63,010 nt of DNA, filler included, from Ministeria vibrans ATCC 50519 (GCA_943704425.1; 10 parts of 10 records of this genome joined end to end with filler, not necessarily neighbours in it), one strand, 5' to 3'; counted from the whole stretch's first letter, positions 28,418 to 45,769 are shown. Program-made: numbers and translations. The notes: generated by a model not told the origin, from the sequence alone.

Positions 28418-30090
28418 AAAAAAAAGATAAAAAAAAACGAGAGAATAAGCAGTGTGGTGTGACGAGTGGATAGACTGACCTAACCCATGTGCGGGGGCTG
28501 GCGTGGCGTAGGGCCCTTCACGGCGGTCGTGACGGTGACACTGAGCATGACAAATCCGACCGACGCCCATATGTACTTCAAGGTCAAGACAACCGCCCCG
28601 CGCCGCTACTGCGTCCGCCCCAATGCTGGTTGCATCATGCCCCGTGCCAGAGTCGATGTTCTCGGTCAGTTGCTTTTCTTTTTTTGGTTTTTTTTTTTTC
28701 TGTGCGTCTGATTATATTATTTTTCGTTTCGCTCTCTCTTCTTTCAACGTTTTCAGTGCTTCTGCAACCGATGAACGACGATGCGCTCGACGAGAAGCAG
28801 AAGGACAAGTTCCTGGTTCAATCGGTGCGTGGACCGGCTGATTTGGACGCGGCAGAGTCAGCAGAACTCGTAAGAGAGAGAGAGAGAGAGAGCTAGAGAA
28901 ACAACGACTAATTTATTGCGTTTGCATTGCAGTTCAAAGTCAAAGAAAATGTCATGGAGTCGCGCATCAAGTGTTTCTTCCTTCCCGTATGTGCACCTTC
29001 CTCCAAAAAGATGTCATATATACTGCGTTGGTATACTAACAATTCTAATATGACGGTATAGGCGGAAGGAGACGAAGACAAAACGTCGGCAGTGACATCC
29101 TCGCCATCATCACCCGCACACCGTCCCACTCCCACCAGCAGAAGCGCTACTACCACGAGTAGTAGTGCGCCTCTGTCTGTCACTCGGTCTCCCTCCCCGC
29201 CGCTCATTTCCACGTCTGCACCGTACACTGCTACACCGTCATCTGCTGTTGCGTCCTCTCATGTCGCTGCAAAGCCCATTGTAAATTCAGAATCATCATC
29301 CGAAGTAACCTCATTTCTCTCTCGCTCTCTATCAATCTGACTAACTGTTTATTTTTTTATTCTCTCTCTTGTTTAGAGTGTTTTTCATCTCAAGGTACTA
29401 AACTCCCATTGAATGTTTTGTTCTTTTTCGTATGTTATTTTTGTATTGTAGAGGGAATTGGAAGCAACGAAAGAAGAACTCAAAAGCGCCTTAGCGGTAA
29501 AGAAAGATGATTTGGCGCGAGTGTGCGACGTGTTCGACGACGAATTTCCTCGGCTGTCTGCGCTTAGCGGAAAAAAAAAAAAAAAAAGCAAACCACAATG
29601 GAAGAGAAGAGCGGAAAATGACGCATTCTGTGTTTTCCATTGCGTAGAAAACGCGGGAATCGCCAAAGGCAACGCAGGCGGTTGCGCGACCAGTAGTAAA
29701 GGAACCCAGTAAGGAAAATGGGGACGGGAAAAACGAACGAATGAGACAGACTAGTGTGTGAATTGTATATGTGTTTGGTGTTGTTTCTCATTTGTATGTG
29801 TGGCGTTGACCTTGATGGTGTGTGTATGTGTTGGTCCTTGTGTGTGTGTATGTGTGTGTGTGTGCGTGTGTGACATTGTGACACAATACGTTGTACTTTG
29901 TGTTGAATGTGAGCGATAGATAATTATGTTGTGTGTGACTGTGACGGGTTGGAATGCACAGATTGTGTAATAGGATCCAATGAGAGAAACATTCTAACAA
30001 ATATATTTTCTTCTTCTAGGCGGTTTCTCCATTATCCATCTCCTTTTGATTCTTGTTGTGGGAGTTATGATTGGCTATTTGGCGTTTTGA
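28076..30090 (+). CDS. VAP: VAMP-associated protein (MSP domain, coiled coil, C-terminal TM), multi-exon
   Basis: [12 protein letters not shown]|GPFT...[16 protein letters not shown]; DKFLVQS; C-terminal [23 protein letters not shown]. Confidence 0.93.
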
Positions 30091-30240
30091 AGGAGAGAGC
30101 GTTGTCTCTTTGTTGGAACGAGAGCGAGAGAGGGGGTGGGTTTATTAGATTAATTGCATAGAGAGAGAGAGAGAGAGAGGAATACAATACGTTTTTGTGC
30201 GGAATGGAAACGATCATATCATATAGTTGAGTGTGTGTGT

Positions 30241-30841
30241 TTACAAAACACCTTTTTTCAAAATGATGTTGGCGTAAAGAGACGTTTCGCCCGTGGCAAC
30301 CACTGCAAATGCCGTCTTGGCACGGTCGTAAAAGGCAAATCGCTCAACGTGCTCAAAGACGACACTCTGGCCGTGTGCTGCGTCGACAATGGTCTGGTAC
30401 TCGCCAATGATGGGAATCTGATTATTATACGATGGATGAGCGCAAAGCAAAAACACGCGCGACGCACAAACGCATCAAAAACGGACGAATCAGCCAGTGC
30501 AGGCAGGCGTACCTTAAGGCCCTTTGCCTTGTCTTCCGGCACGAGGTCCATGACGGCAACGGGAGACGCGACGTACGCGTCCAGAGGCAACAGTTGAAGG
30601 ATGCCCTTGAGAAGTTCAGGCACGCCGTGGCCATCGGCGCGCACCAGCCGCTGCGCGCACGACTCGGACGGGAAGTTTGCGTCGGCAAGAACGATTTCGT
30701 CGCCGTGGCCCTGGGAGGACGAGTGGAGGAGTGTGAGAGAGCGAGAGAGTGAGATTTTGTAGACATTTTTCATACCATTCGAGCCACAATCGAGAGCAGT
30801 TCGGGTGAGAAGATCCGAGGGATGTTCTTGAGCATAACCAT
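30241..30841 (-). CDS. FUOM: L-fucose mutarotase (RbsD/FucU family), 3 exons
   Basis: [17 protein letters not shown]|[14 protein letters not shown]; [19 protein letters not shown]...[11 protein letters not shown]. Confidence 0.93.
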
Positions 30842-30881
30842 AGTGGATAAGTGGAATTGGATATGTAAAACTGCTAACTGA

Positions 30882-30926
30882 TGAGTGTCGAGTGATGAGT
30901 CTTGACTATTGAGTGTCGAGTGATGA
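30882..30926. promoter_or_regulatory. Exact 17-bp direct repeat TGAGTGTCGAGTGATGA (30882-30898 and 30910-30926) in a 193-bp divergent intergenic region
   Basis: The repeat is directly visible; its regulatory role is inferred from position only. Confidence 0.4.
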
Positions 30927-31034
30927 TTTCCAATGGATGCGATCAAGTTTGAACTTTTCACTTTTGAGTGTTTCTGACTTTTGTAATTACTAATTTGTTT
31001 ATTTCATTTCCTCTCTCAGGCTCTCACCGTACCA

Positions 31035-36051
<5,017 letters not shown>

Positions 36052-36146
36052 ATAATTAATCCTTCAATTCGATTATTCGAAGTAAACAACACTCTTTTCT
36101 CTTTTCCCTATTGCTGCAGCTCTCTTAGCTGGCTGACCATTATTAA

Positions 36147-37708
36147 ATGGGTCTTGGAACAACCTCGCTGGTGATCGCGGGCCTGGCGCTTCTCTGTGCG
36201 TATGGAGTGTATTCGAGTCGATTTGTGCAGGATATTGTGAATCGCGATGCCGCCTTGGCCAGCGTCCTTTCGCTGCTCCTGCCCGTCTCATTCATCCCAT
36301 TTCACATCAAGTCGGCTATTGGGCGCACTTTCCCGTCCATTGATCACGCGGAGGTACATAAAATAATGTTTCGTTCGAGTGTGTTTTGAAAAGATCACTG
36401 ATTCACTCTTACTCTGTCAGGGCGCTCTGTGGAGTTACGCTGGGCGACATTTTCTGCGTCCATCGCACAACTTCGACGTGTCTCGAGTGCCCCCAGCGCC
36501 CGATTACACGGACGCACGCTCGTGGTATGCGCAGGCGCACTTTGAAGACGGGTCCGACACTCACTGCGACATTCTCGGGACCAGTGCGCACGACGACGAG
36601 CTCAAAGCGGACGCCTTCTACCTGCACCCCACTACGTTTTACGTGTGCGATGAATGGAATGCACCGTTTGACAGTGCGAGCCCAAGTGAGCACATCAGGA
36701 CCAGTTGAAGAAGGTCCTCTGACTGACGGACACACTCACTCTTGTTTGCAGGTCTGATTGTCGCAGATGCTCTCCTCGTCCAACAGGGCACTTGCTTTAA
36801 CAATGTGGCTCATATTTACGCCCCTAAAATACGTCAAATGTGCGCGGCAGGTCAGAAAAAGCACAAGGAACGACAATGCGCCTCAACTGTGTTGCTACGA
36901 ATATTTAGGGTATTTTGACGAAGAAAATGGCGCACAGGCAATTGAAGTTGCATACCAAGATGTCCTCAGGGCCTTTCGACAATTTCTTTTGATTCGCTCT
37001 GCGCACTCCGACGGCACAACTCCCACTCGACCGTACTTCTTGAAAGGACACTCCCAAGGCTCACAGCTCCTTCAAATGCTGCTCGAACGCGAAATCATTC
37101 CGTCTGCCACACTGCGCTCCTCTCTGGTCGCAGCATATCTTGTAGGCTCGCAGATTCACACGGGTCTGTACACTGCTCCCGACAGTCCCGTTCCTGTGTG
37201 TGATGCGCCAGACCAGACCCACTGTCTCATCTCGTGGCGAACCTATCAGTCCAATGGCGGCAACCCGCGTTCCTTCATGTGGCGCTCTCCTCCCCCCTCT
37301 GAATCCTCCGTCTGTGTTAATCCACTCTCGTGGCGCGCTCACGACACGTCCAAAGTCACCGCACTCAATCTCGGCTCTATGTACATCAATCACCCGCAGC
37401 AAAACTTTCTCCACTTGCTGGGAATTCCCCGCTCTCAGCGCATTCGCGAAGGCGTCTCTCCACTCACCGAACCCTGGACACTCACTGCGCAGTGCATTGA
37501 TGGGCACCTGTACATTGATACGCCGCCTCTGTTTACCCTCACTTCCGAACTCGGTCGTGTTTGGGGTCTCTTTCCCAACTGGGAGTTTGCAAAGTTTCCA
37601 GGTCTCTCGTACCATGCATACGACTGGAACTTATTTTATGCCAATGCGCGCGAGAATGCCAAAGTGCGGTTGACGGCGTTTTTGGGGAGGAGGAAAGAAG
37701 AAAAATAA
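36147..37708 (+). CDS. DUF3089-family alpha/beta hydrolase with N-terminal signal/anchor, multi-exon
   Basis: PPAPDYTDARSW; ADAFYLHPTT; WNAP; IYAPKIRQ; AYQDVLRAF; RPYFLKGHSQGS; CVNPLSW; YHAYDWNLFYANARENA..R. Confidence 0.8.
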
Positions 37709-37926
37709 GGCGTCTTGGTTTCACATTGAGTACAGCTGTCGATTCTCTATAATAAGAAAAATAAATAGAAAATCAAGAGCTGATTCTCTATAATAATTCT
37801 AATTATTTTTTTCTCGTAATAAGATACTCATCACGAAAAGACATATCACATAAGAATAAAACTTTTTACTTTATAATCAAAACTCAACTCTAATATTATC
37901 AGTTGATTCAGTTCTATTAATTCATT

Positions 37927-39609
37927 ATGTCCTCCCACCCCCCTCCTCCCAAAGGTGTTCCTGCCAGCGGTGAGAGTGGCACAACAGGTACGCACTCAAC
38001 CTCGATGATCAGCCAGTTCCATAAAATAAAATAATATATATAAAAATAACAAACACATACAGGTGTCACTTCCAAAGCAAAAGCGTCCGCCACCGCCGGC
38101 GCTCGTGCGCCTGCCAACACAGGCGTGCTCCCAGCGACGGCATTCCCCTCGACACAGGCCATGGTGGTGCCGGAGACGGGTCCGTTGCCGTCGCTGAGCG
38201 TCACGGCGCGCAAGACGACGACGGGCGGCGCAACGAGCGAGGCGGAGTCGTCGGCGCTCGACATTATGCACGCGTACAACGCCAAGGTGGCGTCGACGCT
38301 CATGGCGGAGGCGCGCTACGAGTTCCTCTTGGCCCTGTCGCGCGTTGACGACGACGGCGGCCACTTGCCGCACAACCAGCGTGCGTTTGACGACGCTGAT
38401 GTCGCCATGGCCGTCCAAGAGATTCGCACGGCCCTGCAACGGCTCGTGCTTGCGCGTGCGGCCCTGGGCGACCTCCACGAGCCCTATGTGGTGCGAATGC
38501 ACACCGATCGCGCTGTCAACCAGGTGCGTTCGGTGCTGGCGGGGCCGTTTATCCTTTGGGACGTGACTGTCGCGCACGACGTTCTCCTCTTTCTCCTTGA
38601 CTCGCTCGCACGCCCCGAATTGGTCGTCTTCCTCGACGTCCTACGCTTGCTCACAGTCAAACTCGGCGTCGACACCATGACGCGACTCCGCCTCGACTCA
38701 CTAGGTGGCTCACGGCGTTTCGCGCCAGGCTCCGAAGCAGCCACACAACTGCGAGACCTCATTCTTGGCCCAGCAGCAGCAGCAGCTGGAGCAATCTCGT
38801 CCACCACGAGCGTCGCATCAACCACAGCAAAAGTACCCTCACACGCCGCCACCGTTGCCGACATCATGGGCCCGTCTGAGCCGCCACTGCCCCTCTCCGT
38901 CACCGAAGGCTACAACACCTCCTCGCACGTCACTCCCATTCTTCTTCTCGTTCCAGGCGACACCCCCTGGGACTCTCCCGAACTCATCGCATGGCAAGAG
39001 CGTCTTTCACAATTTGGTGAACCCCACGTCACTGCATTCCCGCGTGTTGCTGCCATTGATGCCGCATGCGACCCCGTCGAAGTTCTCATCCGCGCCTCAT
39101 GCGCCGAACTCGAATCGCTCCTGCTTCTCCGCCGTCACCATGGCAATCCCACGATCACCGCCACACCAAATCATTTCAATCACCACCACAATGCCGTTGC
39201 ACGGCCCATCGTTGTCGTAGGTCACGCCCTCGGTGCGCGTGTGGCTGCCACAGTGGCCTATCGCATGCGCCACTGTCCCAACCTACGCGGTCTTGTTTGT
39301 CTTGGTCTTCCCCTCAATGCCATCGCTTCTCTCTCGCCACACACCTCCTCCCTTAAACGCGACCCCATTCTTCACACACGTATTCCCACTCTCATTGTCA
39401 TTGGCTCTCGCGCCCGCACTGCCCCTCAGTCACTTGTCGAGTCCCTTCGAAAACGTCTTAGTGCGCTCACGCTTCTCTCAGTCCTTCAATCGGCAGACGA
39501 TCGTCTCAGAGTCCCTCGCTCTGTCCGGCAGCGCAAACATCTATCACAGGCACATCTCTATCAGCAGCTGATGGACTCCTTTGCTGAGTTTTTCGCTCTC
39601 GTCCGATAA
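37927..39609 (+). CDS. KANSL3: KAT8 regulatory NSL complex subunit 3-like (alpha/beta-hydrolase fold)
   Basis: YNAKVASTLMAE; EPYVVRMHTDRAVNQVRSVLA..WD..LLDSLARPELVVFLDVLRLL; RPIVVVGHALGA; LVCLGLPL; RDPIL..RIPTLIVIG; ADDRLRV. One short 5' intron. Confidence 0.75.
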
Positions 39610-39809
39610 GACGTGCGATGACAATAATTAATTGTAATTCATATTGTATCATTGTTTGTTTGTGTGTAAAAAACATAATATTTTTTTTTTCATTCAATCA
39701 CTCTATCAATCACTCATAAACACTCTGACTCGGGTGAGTCCCTCACCTCTCAGTCAATCACAATCACTCTCAATCGCGCACTCACTCACCAGTCCATCAC
39801 CCAAGCGCA

Positions 39810-42290
39810 TTAGTCATTCCCCTCCACTTCCTCTCCTTCATCCTCCTCCTCCTCCTCGTCGTCACTCCCTTCCTCCGCCGTCATGAGCCACCCCACAAAG
39901 TCCTTCATCTGCTCCAGAATGACGGTCTTGCCCTTGGCACTGTGTGCTTCCTTGTACCACCGCAGAATACTGTCTTCGCTGATTACGTCACTGTTGTACA
40001 TCAGTCGGATGATTTTCTATAAAATTGTTGCATATGAGAAGACACAAAGTCAGTACCATGCAGAAAAGATGAACACGTGTGTATGACAACGATTGGTATG
40101 AGAGAGTCAGTGTCAAAGTGTGTCAAAGTTGAACAAGTATGTGAGTAGTTTTGACAGAGAGCATAATTGGAATCGTACAAATATTAATAATTTCCAGTAA
40201 TAGTTTCTTACGTAGTAATATTTCAGGAAGGTAATGTTGTCGTAGCAGTAAATTTGAATGTGACACAAGAGGGCAATTTCAGAACGAGCAGTTTTGGTGA
40301 AACCCCCAAACACTTTCGCGTAGTGCTAAAAGTACAATGTGACGGAGAATGAGCGACAAGCGTGTGGGAGCGTAATGTGAGTTACTTTGACGAGTCTGAG
40401 CAGGCAATCGGGATTTGCTTTGAGTTTGGTTTCGTTTGCGCTGAGCATTGCGTCCCAAATCACCGGCTGAAAAAAAAGAGAACAGTGAGTGAGACGAATG
40501 AGAGAAAATGGCGGAATGAGAAAAGTGTGGAGAGCAAAAAAGCGATAAAACAAACAAGTGAGTGAGATGACGATCATCCGAGTGTTGGAAAGAACGTGAC
40601 AGAGTGAATGTGAAGCGACAGAAAAACACAGATGAAAAAATAATAACGTACTCCAACATTGGCCATTGGGAAGTCATCGGCGGACAGATTGAGGAAGGCC
40701 AAAATGGCATCGGGAGAAATTGTGTCTTCCTCGGCAAATCGATCCATCAGTGCCGTTTTCATATCAGCTTTGACATTGGCCGCCTAACAGTGATATAGAG
40801 AGAGCGTGGGTGAGTTTAAGCGCGTTTGAGAGTGTTTGAGTGACTCTTAATGACAAAAAATCAGAGTGAATGACAAAACTGAAAAGTGAGTGATAGGGTA
40901 TGACAGTGACAATGAAGAATTCAATGAAAACTTGAATGATTCATTGAGTGAATGAAACGCACAAACACACATACACAAACTCATGCTTACCTCTTTTTTC
41001 TTGTACATCTTCACAATCACATCGAGCCCCTCTGCGTTAAAGTGCTGTTCCAAAAACTAAAAATAGAGTGTTGCAGTGAGAACGCAATATAAAAATAGAA
41101 AGAATCAAAACAGAAATACCACCATTATGATAATATCAAGAAAAAAACAAAACAATATTAATTTATTTGAAATGAGTTACCTCTGGAGTGCGCATTGTGG
41201 AGGGAAACAGATCCAGAAGACGATCGACCAATTGGACCTTGCGCAACTGAGTGCCAATGGCCTCAATGGGCTGGAGCGTCTTCCACGCAGTGATCAGACG
41301 GGTGAAAAACTTGAGGGACAGTTTGTCTGATAGAATGGAGAGAAGAGATGTGTGTGAGTGAGTTATAAATGATTATTGCGATGGCATAAAAAAGAGTGTG
41401 AGAGATTAACAATGAGTGACATCGAAAACCCGGTATGGAAAATCAAAAAATGGTACGTGAACATGAAAATGAAAATGAATAATGATAATAATAATAATAA
41501 AATAATAAAATAAATGATACCGCGCGTGAGAGAATCTTGACAGAGCGTTAAGAGAGTGGCGGGTGAGACCAACTGCGAGACAAAGAGATAGGCACAAGCA
41601 CGCGCAAAGATGTCACGGTGGCTCTCGGTGTAGCCGTTGAGGAAGCTGATCATCTTCTTGATGTTCTCTTCGAATTGCTTGTGCAGGTATTTGTAGCGAC
41701 GGATCAGTTTGTTGAAGACCTAAAGAAGTAATAAATAAAAAATGAAAAAAATAAAAAAAAAAACAGAAAAGTTGCCGTCATTGCATTTTCGTTCGTATTC
41801 AAAGTGATCACCTCCACAAATGCTTTGATGTCTTCTTCGGATTCGCATGAGAACAGGCACATGGGCGAGATGTCATCCTCCTTGGCGTCCAGACGTCCAC
41901 CGGGAGCTGAATAGTAGCAAGCGAGAGGAGTGTGAGACGAACTCCAAATCACAAGAGAGAGGGCTTACCGAGAATGCCACCGGCAAAGAGCACGTCAAAC
42001 AGCACTTCGCCATAGCGTCGGTACGCCAGCTTGCCGCCAGCACCATCAAGGTACTTTGAGAGCTGTACAAAAGCAGACAGTGTTGAGTGAGCACACACAC
42101 ACCACAAAGACACACTCACACACACTCACTCACACACACACACACACTCACACACTGTCCCCCTTACCGCGTCGTAGTCGCCCTTCGCCTCCTTGATGCC
42201 CGTCACCACCTCGTGGCTGAACACCGTCGGCTCGTACTTTTCCTTCTCGTCACGCTTTCGCGTTCTGATGCGCTGTCCGGTCAGCGTTGG
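39810..42290 (-). CDS. BZW: Basic leucine zipper and W2 domain protein / eIF5-mimic protein (5MP), multi-exon; first exon not recovered
   Basis: [21 protein letters not shown]; [22 protein letters not shown]; [12 protein letters not shown]; W2 end [35 protein letters not shown]. Confidence 0.93.
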
Positions 42291-42743
42291 CTGCACAAAA
42301 CAAGCAAAGAAAAGCGTGCACATGAGACATTTCGTTTTTTTGCACTGTCTACTGCCAATAGACCCTATTGAGACTCAAGCACCCCGAGACCCAGAGGAGG
42401 GCACAGACAAGAGCCTGTCCATGCAAACGCCCCTCGCACGCGCGCAGTGGGAACGCCCACACACGTCAAATCATCGTTTGACAAAGGAAACGCTTTGATC
42501 ATGAAAAAAAANNNNNNNNNNNNNNNNNNNNNNNNNNNNNNNNNNNNNNNNNNNNTTAATTAATTAANNNNNNNNNNNNNNNNNNNNNNNNNNNNNNNNN
42601 NNNNNNNNNNNTTTGATCACGACGGTCGCGAACACTTTGTACAGCGGTTTCGTGAGCCCCCCTCCCCCTCTCCTCTCCGTCTCCGTGCTCTCCTCCTCTC
42701 AGAATCGTCTCATGCGCAAAACACTTTCCCTTTTGATTTGCAG

Positions 42744-43682
42744 CAACTGCTCGCAGCTCCCATGCTGTCCCCAAGCCCGAAGAGTTCATCAAGCACTACG
42801 TCGACTTCCTGGAGGCACCCGATCTGGACCTTTGGGAACTGCGAAAGGTAAAGGAGAGATTGAAAAAAAAAATCCTGCCTCGACCTCTGCGACCTATTCG
42901 GGCCACTCTCGTCCTGCTTCGACGGCGTGTGTGTGTTGGCTGAGCACTCTCTGTGCCCCCTGCCTGCCCAACACCCCCGCTAAGCCCGGACAACCCTGTC
43001 AAATGCTGTTTTTTACGCCTCTCGTCACCTCACACTTCCCTCTGCTCCCTTGCAACCTCTCTTGCAACCCCTTCTGCGTCTGCCGCACACGCCCCTCTCT
43101 TGGATTGTTCCTTCTTGCTATGGCGTTCGTTGTCTCGTCGCTGATTTGGCGCGTTCATTTTTTATTTTTTGACTTTTTGATCCTGTCCACTTTCAAACCT
43201 TCAAGCGCCCTTCCTCTGTGTCCCGGTTGCCCTCCTGTGTCTCTCAGACCGTGGAGTGCCGATCTCTTCTCCCATATGCACTCTCTTTGCTGTGCTGCAG
43301 GCCTTGAACGAACCACTAATGCACTCCGGGACACCTTTTTTTTTTTTTATCACTGTGCTCACAGGGTCTCAACGACTGCCTTGTCGAGGACGTCGTGCCG
43401 CCGCCGGAGATCCTCATTGCTGGCTTCAAAGCTGCCAGGTACTAGTGACTCCCTGTCATGTTGTGCTTCCCTCTCAGATCCCCTAACGCCCCTTCGCTTC
43501 CTCCCTACCGGTCTAGACGACTCAACGACCACAGCACGCCTGTGCGCCTGATTGAGGCGCTCCGCGACAAATCGCCCGACCAGGCCACCTACGACTATGT
43601 GCTCGACCAGGTCAAGCCTACCATGGAGGAGCTCGGCATTTCGCACCCCGTTGAGCTGGGTCTGGAAACTGCCCCTAAATAA
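42744..43682 (+). CDS. COX5A: Cytochrome c oxidase subunit 5A (5' end uncertain)
   Basis: SHAVPKPEEFIKHYVDFLEAPDLDLWELRK|GLNDCLVEDVVPPPEILIAGFKAAR|RLNDHSTPVRLIEALRDK...VKPTMEELGISHPVELGL. Confidence 0.88.
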
Positions 43683-43834
43683 AGAGAGAGAGGAGACAGA
43701 GAGCGAGAGACAGAGAGAACCCATTCCAAATCTACAATTCAATCAATACAGAATGAAACATAAAGCAACCTTGTCAACCCCACGTCTCACTCCACTCGCC
43801 TCGCCTTCTTTTGTTCTACTCTCCAAATTCGTCT

Positions 43835-45769
43835 TCAAACGGTCTCTTCACCCCTACGCGCGAATGAGTCAGACTCGCTTGTTCTTTTCTCCTCTCCCTC
43901 TCTCTCTATCAAGTTGTTTCCTCCCCCTCCTGTACCTCTGCGAAAGTGGTTGCAAGCTAGGTTGTAGACATCGCGATAATACTCGCGCAGGCAGAGCTCG
44001 GCGCGATGGACGCGGTCCTGGTCGGCGGGGGCACGGGGCTGGGTAGGGTCGCCCTTGCGCCAGACCCAGATGGGGCGGGGCACGCCGGCCAGGGCGACAC
44101 TCGCAATGACGCCGCGGTAGTGCGCGTGCGGAAGCAGCCACTGTGCCAGCAGATTCATCGGCTCGGTCGTGCGCGTGCGCGACACATCCGCAATATGAAT
44201 CATCATGTGCCCGTTTGACTCCAACACCCGCCACGCATTGGACAGGGCTGTCATCAAGAAGCACACCAGCCAGTCCGTGTGTGTGCTAAACGACGCAATC
44301 GACTGGCCCGCCCGCTCTGTGTACACTTCAAAGCGGAAAAATGGTGGTGACGTAAACACCACATTGTACGTCTGTTGGGGGTCCAGATGTGCCTTCTCAA
44401 ACGGCTGGCACACTACCGTCCACCGCCCCCCACCACCCACCACCCGACTCGGCTTTCCTGCCTCCTCTGCCACAATCTCGACGCGCACGTCATCGTCGCC
44501 TGCCACCAGCGGCCCCAGCTCGTGCATAATCGCAGCGTGGCCCTGCTGCAGTGTCGGGTTAGGGTCATAGGCCGTGTACCGCTGCACCCCCGCCGCCAGC
44601 GCCCCAATCAATCGATCGCCCCACCCTGCGCTAAAGTCCAAGACACGCTGCGCACCCGCCCACCGCAGCACGTTGGCCGCCAGTGATACTTTGAACTGCG
44701 TGCACTCGCTCGACAAGTCGTACACGGCCTCGCGCAGTGCGTTGGTATCGCACCGTGCCTCGTACAGGCGCGCGTCGCGAGGACCCAGCGCCCGCTCAAC
44801 GCACCGTCCCACAAAGCTCTCTTCGTGCCACTGGTCGAGCGGCGCCGCCTTAGAGTCGCGCCGCGCTGCCATGCGCTCGCGTTCTGTGTAGCAGTCGGTG
44901 AGCACGTCCAGGGAGTAGTCCTCTTTGCACGAGACAAACGTAAAGTGTGCGTTGCGCTCGTCGTCGAGTTCGAGCGGAAACAGCGCCCCGCTCATGTAGG
45001 CAGAGCCACGTAGTGCGTACGGGTCGCGTCGGATCGGCAGTTCAAGTGTTTGTAGGGCCTTAAACAGCTCGCGACGGTTCTGTACGACGTAGCGCTTGAA
45101 GGGAAAGTCGAGGCGCTCGCCAATGATGGCGCGTGTCAACACATAATGCACCGCGTCACGCCCCTCGGCCGGCTCGTTGCCCAGGTACACGCACTGTTGC
45201 AATGCCGTGAGGTCGGTGGGCGACAGGTCCATAATCCCCGTGATGGTGGACGCTGTGAGTAGTGCGGCAACACACTTGGCACGCACACTTGTGAGTGCCT
45301 CTATGGCATCGCCGTCTCGTGTGGCACCGGGCGCCGCCGGGCGCTGTGCATGCACTACCCATTCTGTGCAGACACGGATTGCTTTGCGTAGCCGTTGCGT
45401 CGCCTCGGCACGCCAGGCCGAACTCGCGTTGACGACTGCACTGCGAAACGAATCATCATTCTGATCATCTTCCGTGCGTCGATTCCGTCGCTCGATTGCC
45501 TTGCACAACACACCAACAGGGTCGTCTGACTCGTATGTGCCAAAGGAGGCGGCGGCACTGGGGGTGCGGCCGCCCAGAAGAAGCAGGCGCAAGGCAGGAA
45601 TTTTGGTCTCGCATCGTTTCACAACGCCGCTCAGAATCTCGACGACACCGCCGAGTCCATCGTTGTCCATGTGCCGTTTCTTCTCGGCTGCAAACTCATG
45701 AGCAACACGCACCGCCTGTGCCGTTCGCTCGACAGCGTCCACGTGGAATCGTGGGTGGTGTTCCGACAT
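43835..45769 (-). CDS. Intronless SAM-dependent DNA amino-(N4C/N6A) methyltransferase-like protein, giant-virus/phage type, with N-terminal helical extension
   Basis: 644-aa uninterrupted ORF with FPFKRY, LTDCYTE..R, LREAVY..ECTQFK, motif I RVLDFSAGWGDRLIGA, AYDPN, motif IV VFTSPPFFRFEVY, W...FL..L..AW..L..NGHM and RPIWVWRK. Confidence 0.8.
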   Translation of the reverse strand: MSEHHPRFHVDAVERTAQAVRVAHEFAAEKKRHMDNDGLGGVVEILSGVVKRCETKIPALRLLLLGGRTPSAAASFGTYESDDPVGVLCKAIERRNRRTEDDQNDDSFRSAVVNASSAWRAEATQRLRKAIRVCTEWVVHAQRPAAPGATRDGDAIEALTSVRAKCVAALLTASTITGIMDLSPTDLTALQQCVYLGNEPAEGRDAVHYVLTRAIIGERLDFPFKRYVVQNRRELFKALQTLELPIRRDPYALRGSAYMSGALFPLELDDERNAHFTFVSCKEDYSLDVLTDCYTERERMAARRDSKAAPLDQWHEESFVGRCVERALGPRDARLYEARCDTNALREAVYDLSSECTQFKVSLAANVLRWAGAQRVLDFSAGWGDRLIGALAAGVQRYTAYDPNPTLQQGHAAIMHELGPLVAGDDDVRVEIVAEEAGKPSRVVGGGGRWTVVCQPFEKAHLDPQQTYNVVFTSPPFFRFEVYTERAGQSIASFSTHTDWLVCFLMTALSNAWRVLESNGHMMIHIADVSRTRTTEPMNLLAQWLLPHAHYRGVIASVALAGVPRPIWVWRKGDPTQPRAPADQDRVHRAELCLREYYRDVYNLACNHFRRGTGGGGNNLIEREGEEKRTSESDSFARRGEETV

